Positions 38,801-46,000 of a DNA stretch of 64,000 nucleotides are shown here, piece after piece. The stretch lies in assembly GCA_965222415.1 (NCBI GenBank), contig CBDCTU010000002.1, positions 260,663-324,662 on the forward strand, read 5' to 3'. Origin of the DNA: Dehalococcoidia bacterium (GTDB lineage Bacteria > Chloroflexota > Dehalococcoidia > Lucifugimonadales > UBA2985). The notes under the pieces were generated by a model, which ran no database searches, was not told the origin of the DNA, and worked only from the letters and a program-made list of their open reading frames with translations. Positions within the stretch are counted from its first letter, which is position 1; each line of letters starts with the position of its first letter. The position numbers and the translations under genes are program-made.

Positions 38801-41622
38801 CCCTCCCGCAGGCAATCCAGCAGGCTCATCTCGTCAAGGTCGTTGTGTCTGACCCTACGCAACGCGGGAGGCACGCAGCCCTCCAACTGGTTATAGGCAA
38901 TCGACAGATCTCCAAGGTTCGTCAGGGTCCCAAATTGCCACGGCACTACACCGGTGAGCTGGTTCCTGGATAGCCACAAAAATTCAAGCTCTGTCAGGTC
39001 GCCTATCTCCGGCGGTATGGAACCGGTGAGTTGGTTGCTATGCAGGAACAGCCTGGTAAGGTTGGAGAGGTCGCCCAACTCCGGCGGAATGGGGCCCGTC
39101 AGCTGGTTGTAGCGGAGGTACAGCCAGTTGAGGTTGGTCAAACTGCCCAGCTCCTTCGGAATCCCGCCCGTCAGCCGATTTTGGCCCAGCAGCAGCTCCT
39201 CCAGACCGGTCAACTCCGACAACTCCGGCGGAACGCTGCCCGTCAGCTCACGGATCTCCAGGTCCAGGACCGTCACGCGGCTGGGCGTCCCTCCTACGGT
39301 CACGCCGTCCCAGCTAGTCATCGCCGTACTCGCGCTCCAGTTCAGCGTCGCCGTGCCCGCCAGGACGCTCTGCAGCCCCAGAAGAGTCTTGCAGTCCGAC
39401 ACCAGCCCGGCGTTGGACGACGGACTCGGCATCGCCGTCCCGCTGTCGCACGTCTCAGTGATGGTTATCATTACGGGTACGGTTGCCTCCCCGCCTATGT
39501 CTTTTCTGGCCGCCACAATCAGAGTCACCGTCGTCCCTGCCTCACCCCTCAGGTCGGCTGCCACCGTGATATCCCCGCTGCTCTCCCCGACCGCAAAGAG
39601 ACTGTCATCGTTGCCCGCCGTGATGGCGTACGTAACCGCGCTACTACCGGCGTCCGTTGCCGAGACGGTACCCACGACCACATCCAGTGCCGCGTCCCCC
39701 ACGACATTAAAGCTGTATGACGTGGCGCCGAACACTGGCGGCACGCACATCCCCGTGGTCTCCGACTTTATGCTCGAGGGATCGCTCCAGGCGGCCGCGT
39801 AGGTAGTCCCGCTTCCGTAGGCGCTCACACGGAATAGGTACTCCGTCTCGCAGAGCAGCCCGTCCACCGTGTGGGTCGTGCCGGTTAGCGTCTCGTCGTC
39901 TACCGTCCACCCAAAGGCTCCCGCTTCCCGGTACTCCACCCGGTACTTGCTGGTGTTGGACACCGCCGTCCAGCTCAATGGGGTGCTTGTCATCCCCACA
40001 GTCCCCGCCGTGGGCGCACCCGGCACAGGGGGTTGACAGTACAGGAGGTTGAGTGAGCTTAGGTCGTTGGTGGCCACGTCCTCCAGCGCTATCGGTATGC
40101 AGCCCGTGAGGGAGTTCCCCGACAGCCTGATCTCCGTCAGGTTGTACAGCCAACCCAGCTCGCTGGGTATGTCCCCGGTCAGCGAGTTGGAGCTCAGGTC
40201 CAGCAAGGTCAACTCGAACAGGTTGCCAAGCTCCCCCGGGATGCTCCCAGTGAGGCTCTCGCTCGACAGGTCCAGCTCTGTAACGCGGCTGGGCGTTCCG
40301 CTTGTAGTCACGCCGTCCCAGCTTGCGATGGCAGTGTCAGCGCTCCAATTCAGCGAGGCCGTGCCCGCAAGGGTCACTTCATTGTCCAGAAGCGCCTCGC
40401 AGTCGTGGACTAAGCCACGGTTGGTCCCTGGGTTGGTGACGGCCGTGCCGTCGGCGCAGGTGAGCGCCGCTGGGGGCAGCGACGGCGTGAATGTCGCGGT
40501 CTGCCCGTCGTCCGGGGTGATATCCCCGTAGGCCCCTATGTCCCGGTAGTACTGCGTCAGCCCGCTGGCATTCTCAATCCTGTCGTCGGCGAAGTCGTCT
40601 GTGGTCGACGCCGTGGTGACGCGGCTCTTCAGGTTCGCCAAGGTCTGTGTGTACTCCGGGTCCCCTTCCGGCACGCCGTAGCGCACGGCATGCACAACGT
40701 CATCATCGTCCGTCTGTAGGTCCCACTGCTCCACAACCTGCCACGCCTCCACCGCTATGGCGTTATGAGCACCCATAGGCGCGAGGAATACAACGCTCTC
40801 ACGGTTGCCGATAAGGTCGGCAAGGGACACCTCGGTTATGCTGACCAACTCAAGAAGCGAACTCTCATATTCGCCCCGAGTCTGCAGAGGCTCATCCCCA
40901 AATCGTCCGGCATCGTGCTCTCTCCGGTACAATTCATAGGAAGACACCTCATCTATCCTGTCGTACGCCACGCTTAGCTTGTTGGGACTGAGGGGACCTG
41001 CACCCAATAGATACTCGCTGACGGTGTAGTCAGCAAAGCAAGTCAAAGTCAGTCTATCGACTGATAACCCGCCGCGCGCGAGCGGCATATACAGAGCCTT
41101 TACATATTCAAGGTATTGAGGAGACACTCCGCTAAGGTATGACATGAACTCAGTTTCTACCTGCGCGGGAGAGGGCAGAAGTACGTCATCGTCCTTGCCG
41201 AGCCAGAACCGTATCTCCTGTCCTCTCTGCGCCAGGGTTCTGGCAGACCCTCGCCAGTCACAGCGTATGCTGCTCTCATCTGCCATTCCACGAATGGCGA
41301 TGTGGGTCGGACTCGCTCCGGCGGCGTATAACCCCTTTTCCAGAACATCCTCAGTGCTGGGGCTAACGTAATCGGTATCATATGCAGCCCCGCCCGGACC
41401 GGAGAACAAACCGAACTGGCTGACGTCACGGGGGGTAGTTGATGGGGGCATGGATCCCGGTGTCGAAGGCGAAAAAGTGGCGGCGGCCGTCGCCGTAGCA
41501 TCTGACGGTAGTGATGTCGGCGTTGCATCCTGGGTAAAGACATACGCTGTAAAAAGCGCAAGGAGCGCTAGAACGACTGGAATTGGGAGGAGTTTCCCTA
41601 ATCTCTTGCCATCAACTTTCAT
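35872..41622 (-). CDS. Giant surface protein: N-terminal anchor, 3 LRR modules, about 6 FN3 and about 6 cadherin-like domains
   Basis: GGAGG lies 6 nt upstream of the ATG at 41622; the track ORF starts at a TTG at 41649. LRR units have the form L..L.L..N.LTG.IP.ELG.L..L. FN3 units resemble LSWTAV...KYRVEYR...Y.FRV.AYG. Cadherin-like units resemble Y.F.V.ED...G..VG.VSATD.D.....Y.I..GN....F.ID..TGEITV...LD.E. Confidence 0.85.
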   Translation of the reverse strand: MKVDGKRLGKLLPIPVVLALLALFTAYVFTQDATPTSLPSDATATAAATFSPSTPGSMPPSTTPRDVSQFGLFSGPGGAAYDTDYVSPSTEDVLEKGLYAAGASPTHIAIRGMADESSIRCDWRGSARTLAQRGQEIRFWLGKDDDVLLPSPAQVETEFMSYLSGVSPQYLEYVKALYMPLARGGLSVDRLTLTCFADYTVSEYLLGAGPLSPNKLSVAYDRIDEVSSYELYRREHDAGRFGDEPLQTRGEYESSLLELVSITEVSLADLIGNRESVVFLAPMGAHNAIAVEAWQVVEQWDLQTDDDDVVHAVRYGVPEGDPEYTQTLANLKSRVTTASTTDDFADDRIENASGLTQYYRDIGAYGDITPDDGQTATFTPSLPPAALTCADGTAVTNPGTNRGLVHDCEALLDNEVTLAGTASLNWSADTAIASWDGVTTSGTPSRVTELDLSSESLTGSIPGELGNLFELTLLDLSSNSLTGDIPSELGWLYNLTEIRLSGNSLTGCIPIALEDVATNDLSSLNLLYCQPPVPGAPTAGTVGMTSTPLSWTAVSNTSKYRVEYREAGAFGWTVDDETLTGTTHTVDGLLCETEYLFRVSAYGSGTTYAAAWSDPSSIKSETTGMCVPPVFGATSYSFNVVGDAALDVVVGTVSATDAGSSAVTYAITAGNDDSLFAVGESSGDITVAADLRGEAGTTVTLIVAARKDIGGEATVPVMITITETCDSGTAMPSPSSNAGLVSDCKTLLGLQSVLAGTATLNWSASTAMTSWDGVTVGGTPSRVTVLDLEIRELTGSVPPELSELTGLEELLLGQNRLTGGIPKELGSLTNLNWLYLRYNQLTGPIPPELGDLSNLTRLFLHSNQLTGSIPPEIGDLTELEFLWLSRNQLTGVVPWQFGTLTNLGDLSIAYNQLEGCVPPALRRVRHNDLDEMSLLDCLREGGTLAPTGVSASLTDDTFTIMWNAVSGAANYEAQHTTNAADAATVTWTALAETTGTTQDYTPADGVTCSTAYRFRVRAFGDGDTYTAMWGTESDAETVETASCPPVFGETSYAFDVAEDAEVDDVVGTVSATDPDEDDEVSYAITAGNTGNAFDIDDETGDITVAVALDHETAATYSLTVEADDGNDQKDTVTVSISVTDVPEDAPPVPTPVGASLTDSTFTITWEAVTGASKYEVQYMLRDSGEDWAALEATTTTTSTYSPADGPPCGSTYEFRVRAYGDAVTFAALWSDPSEPTPVETESCIQPPAFDQSSYAFLVSEDATTVGAVGTVSATDPDSGDTLTYSIISGNEDGKFTIDGTTGEITVEGALDRETADTYTLTVEVDDGNGETATVTVTIAVVEAVCSGGIAVPDPANNTGLVSDCETLLGLKDQLAGTARLNWSTGTAMSSWDGVTIGGTPKRVNRLTLGSRRLTGSIPVGLRGLTGLALLQLGSNDLTGVVPPELGELSNMQSLRLHNNRLSGAIPWQMGNLTGLSILQLSGNLLEGCVPPALEDVVNNDFDELGLPFCTQAGPVPAPEGLSASLAEDAFSIAWTAVTGAGSYEVQYRVEGSGEEWAVADTAEETTLAYIPADGVQCETTYDFRVRAYGDGTTYVPGWGQESAVESVTTDPCNRPPAFDQAPYAFEVAEDAEAVVEVGAVSATDPDGDALTYRITGGNGERRFGMNPSAGTLSLVAGPLDYETTDEYTLMIRVDDRKGGTDTATVIIRVTDVGEDAPPAPENLSVTLAEGAFTLTWTALRGATRYEAEWRAGSPPGMWSALATTTETSQTYTPERGLACGAIYQFQVRAYGDGATYAAAWGRESATALVTTEPCNLAPAFDQEEYAFSVAEDAGLGVTVGSVTATDRDPGDTVGYVITGGNEAFHFAVDQVTGAITVRGPLDYETTPFYRLRVVAIDPEGQADTAVVEITVIDVGG

Positions 41623-41651
41623 CACGATCCTCCAAAACCTCCGAATCAAAG

Positions 41652-42803
41652 CTACGGTAGCGGCCTGCCATTCGCCGGTACTAGGCCGTCCTTCCCTTGC
41701 TCAACTAGAACTCTTCTGTCCAGGCCGTCCGGCCCCGCGGTATAGAGCACGATATCAGTGCGGTCGCTGGCATAGATCGCTATTCTGGAACCATCGGGAG
41801 ACCACGCAGTTTGGCCGTCTGACCAGGCAAGGCTCCTCTCCGTGGAACCGTCTGCCTTGACGACGTATCCCCTGAACTGTATCGTTGAGCCGTCGGGAGA
41901 CCACGAGATACTATCTGTCCGGCTAACTGTTTGGATGGGCAGTGATGCAACTTTACGTAGCCCAGCGCCGTCTGGATCAACGGTAAATACCCCGGAGTCA
42001 GACCCATCCTTCACAAACGCTATGCGACGTCCGTCCGGAGACCACGCTGGCACGCTTGTCCCATCCCCCATCCCATCTGCTACCCTCGTCTGATTCGACC
42101 CACCCACTTCAACAACAAAAATGTCCTCCCCTCGTCTACCAGACTCGCCAGCGATGGCAATGTGGTTTCCATCGGGCGACCACGACGGTGCCCCAGCAAT
42201 GGAGGACCAAATTACTGGCAGGTTAACTGCAGATTGCAATTCGGAGCCGTCTGCTCTCATAACGCTGATTACATACTCCCGCGGCCCAACAAAGGCAATG
42301 CGGATTCCATCGGGCGACCAGACAGGATTGATGTCCAACTGGTTGTTCCCAGTGATCCTGTGCTTGTCAGAGCCGTCTGCCTTAGCAGTAACTACCCCCC
42401 AGCCCTTCCCCTTGGCCCAAGTCCAAGGAAACCATCCAGGTCGCCCGTAGGCAGAGTAAGCTATTCGAGAGCCGTCGGGAGATACGCTTGGAGCGTAAGC
42501 TAAATCCCATCCACTACCGCCGCCGTCAATCAACTCCAAGCGTGAGCCTGCCGAGTCGACCACGTATACCCCACCTGCGTGGCTGAATGCTATGCGGCCT
42601 CCCTCGGGGAACCATTGAGGAGTCCGTGACTCCGATGCCACCCATCTGGCATACCCAGCTGTGTCAGTCTCACTCGGGTCCCGGGGTTCGATATTCACAA
42701 CAGCGCAGAACGAGACGAGGAAAAATAGATTCACAAAGATAGAGAACACCCCGAGGACGGCCAATACACGCACAGCAACCCTGAAGACAGTTCTGTTCAG
42801 CAT
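41652..42803 (-). CDS. TolB-like beta-propeller (PD40/WD40-like repeats) with N-terminal TM anchor
   Basis: Repeated SWSPDG.RIAF / SVSPDGSRIAY units follow a hydrophobic N-terminus. Confidence 0.8.
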   Translation of the reverse strand: MLNRTVFRVAVRVLAVLGVFSIFVNLFFLVSFCAVVNIEPRDPSETDTAGYARWVASESRTPQWFPEGGRIAFSHAGGVYVVDSAGSRLELIDGGGSGWDLAYAPSVSPDGSRIAYSAYGRPGWFPWTWAKGKGWGVVTAKADGSDKHRITGNNQLDINPVWSPDGIRIAFVGPREYVISVMRADGSELQSAVNLPVIWSSIAGAPSWSPDGNHIAIAGESGRRGEDIFVVEVGGSNQTRVADGMGDGTSVPAWSPDGRRIAFVKDGSDSGVFTVDPDGAGLRKVASLPIQTVSRTDSISWSPDGSTIQFRGYVVKADGSTERSLAWSDGQTAWSPDGSRIAIYASDRTDIVLYTAGPDGLDRRVLVEQGKDGLVPANGRPLP

Positions 42804-43008
42804 GATCCGAACCCTCGTTGACAGTTCATCGCAGTCCCATCACCCACTCCAGATTATTCCTTGGCTAACCAAGTATCTGAGAACGTAGAACGCGAGGGCT
42901 TCAACAATAAGGACCAACCCCATGAAGGCTAGTGCGCCCTCTACAACAATCCCCAGCTTCGTTCTCTTTTTAGGTGGCTTACCGTTACTGAAACTCAATT
43001 CACATCTC

Positions 43009-46000
43009 TCACGGAATCACCAACTGGTACAAGGCTTGGATGGCCATTATGTCGAAGGGGTGCGGCGAGCAGTCAGGCTCATTAAACCCCTCAGGTACAA
43101 TCGCCTGAGATAAAAGAGTGTCATAGTTCATCACTGCATCAGGAATAGTGGGATGGGACGGCAGATTGCTCACCCATGACCGGACGGGGACATACCCTGA
43201 TAGCCCCAAAGCGTGTCCGGCTTCGTGCACCATCATTCTGTAGTTTCGATATGAGAAATTGTCAGTTTGGCCCCTACATGTATTGAAATGAGTATCTGAA
43301 TCATGCACATGCACATCACCACCAGGTATGTCTTTGTCTCTGCTCTGGCGAATAGCGTTCACTAATATGTCCACGCTCCCGTCGTCCAAGACGGAGATCT
43401 CCTGCCTAGAATCAGTGTACCGAGTGGAGATGACGCAAGCCGTTCCTTCTCTTATGATTGGTGCGCCTTGTACGCACGCAAAGAGCCAGTTATGATGGAC
43501 AAAAGGAAGTATTCTATCCGTCCAGTCGCTGGTATCAACCATATAGACCTCGTTGTTTCCATTGAACAGTGCTGTAACCAGAGTGACTGGAACCGCGTTA
43601 TCAATAGGAACGCCATCAGACGTGCAACTCCCAGGCACGTGTGTCACTGTTACGCGGTCCGGAACAGCCTCTTCCCATTGCTCGAACGCATGCTCGATGA
43701 GATCTACCCACTCGGACGACTCGTCATAACTTGGACTGTCTGAGTCATCGAAAGTGCCGGCGCAAATAGTATAGTCATATCTCCCACCATCCCAGTATCC
43801 GAAAAACGGATAGGTGCCTACCCTCCGTGAAGGAACTTCTCCCGACGGCCACACAAAGGCATCCCTTGCAGAGAACACCTCCTCGCCGCTTGCAGTTGTA
43901 TAGCTGACGCGGAAAGCGTAAATCTCGCCCGTCTGAAGTCCCGGGATAGGCTCTGTAATAGTAGTTGTACCTCGCTGCGATAACCGCTGCTCCATTTCAC
44001 TCTGATAGTAGGGCCAACTTGCATCTTCCGGCCACCTCTCATGCCAATGCGGATACTTGGTGCCTAGCGCGCCTTGTAGAGTGCGTTCACCCAACATCCT
44101 GTACTTGATGACGTACTCATTAACTCCCGATATCCTCTGCCATTGGAGAGTCGCTTCGTTGCTGCCGCTTCCATATGCGCTGCCACCATCTAGGAGCAGA
44201 GGATTGTCAATGAGCCTGACGGAACTGCTGTAAGAGCTGTCGAAATCAGAGGTGCTTGCTTGCCTTGCTCTAACCTGAAACACGAAACTTGTGGGATCCG
44301 CTAAACCTTTTGATCCGATGATAGCGTCGAGGTTGATCTCGTAGCTGTTGTCTGAAGTTCCAGTCTTGACTTCTCTCCATGGCCCGCTTAGATTTTCACT
44401 TACTTGGACGTCGTAGATGATGCTGCCGGGGCCAGAAACGGCCCCCCAACTGAGCTCGGCCTTGCGTAACGGCATAGGCGTCACGTCGAAGCTGGTGGGC
44501 GCTGCTAATGGTAGGTTAGTATCCCACCGCGCCGGGGACGACTCTCCCGAAACGTTCGTACTGGTGACTCGGTGTGAGTAGGCGACCCCGTTAGTCAGGC
44601 CACTGATGGTGGCGCTTAATCCTGAGATGGTGACTGGGTACTGGCCCTGGGGGGTTCCAAGCACCCAGACAATCCCGTTCCATTGGTATACCTTATATCC
44701 TGTGGCATGGTCGGCTCTATCCCACGTTAAAGTGATCGTCCCATCCCCGGTCGTATTGTTCAGGCCCGTCGGTGTAGCAGGAGGCAGCACGGGACAGGAA
44801 TCATCGTCGGTGATGGTGAGCCTGGAGGTGGATGGCGAACCCGCGATAACCCCCGCCGGCAGGGTGCCGAAGCCGAGGTTCACCGTCTCGACGTAACAGT
44901 CGGAGTCCTGTTTAGACGTGATGGAGAAGTCGAGGGAAGTGGTGCCTGGGCTGAAGGTCAGGTTTCCGGAGGGAAGTCCGGATACAGAGTAGTCGGCGCT
45001 CTCCGCAGTGCCGTTCGACAGCGTCACAGGTATCGTCAGGGTCTGACTTGTCGAGCGGCTCAGTCCGACGGAAATGGTTCTGGCGGACCCTTCGTTCACC
45101 GAGTAGGACGACGATCCGAAGCTGACGCATATGTCGTCGGTGACGTTGATTGTCGAGGTGGATGGCGAACCCTTGACCACCCCCGTCGGCAGCGTGCCGA
45201 ATCCGAGACTCACCGTCTCGTTGTTACAGTCCGGGTCCTGTGCAGAGTAGGAGAACGTTCCAGACGTGCTGGTGCTGCTGAAGGTAACCGTCCGGTTGGT
45301 CCCTGGGTTCACTGTGACCGGTATACTCAGGGACCGGCCCGGCGCCTTACTGAGGCGCACGGTAATCGTAACACTGTTCCCCTCGTTCACCGAATAGGAC
45401 GACGAGCCGAAGCTGACGCATATGTCGTCGTCGGTGACGTTGATTGTCGAGGTGGATGGCAAACCCGTGCCCACTCTCGTCGGCAGCGTGCCGAATCCGA
45501 GACTCACCGTCTCGTTGTTACAGTCGTTGTCCTGGGGTGCAGAGTAGGTGAAGGTTCGAGACGTGCTGGTGCTGCTGAAGGTGACCGTCCGGTTGGTACC
45601 TGGGTTCACTGTGACCGGTATACTCAGGGACCGGCCCGGTGCCTCGCTGAGGCGTACGGTAATCGTAACGCTGCTCCCCTCGTTCACCGAGTAGGACGAC
45701 GAGCCAAAGCTGACAAGGATGGGACATGGGTCATCGTCGGTGATGGTGAGCGTGGAGGTGGATGGTGAACCCGCGATTACCCCCGCCGGCAGGGTGCTGA
45801 AGCCGAGACTCACCGTCTCGTTGTTGCAGTCGTTGTCCTGGGGTGCAGAGTAGGTGAAGGTTCGAGACGTGCTGGTGCTGCTGAAGGTGACCGTCCGGTT
45901 GGTACCTGGGTTCACTGTGACCGGTATACTCAGGGACCGGCCCGGTGCCTCGCTGAGGAGTACGGTAATCGTAACGCTGCTCCCCTCGTTCACCGAGTAG

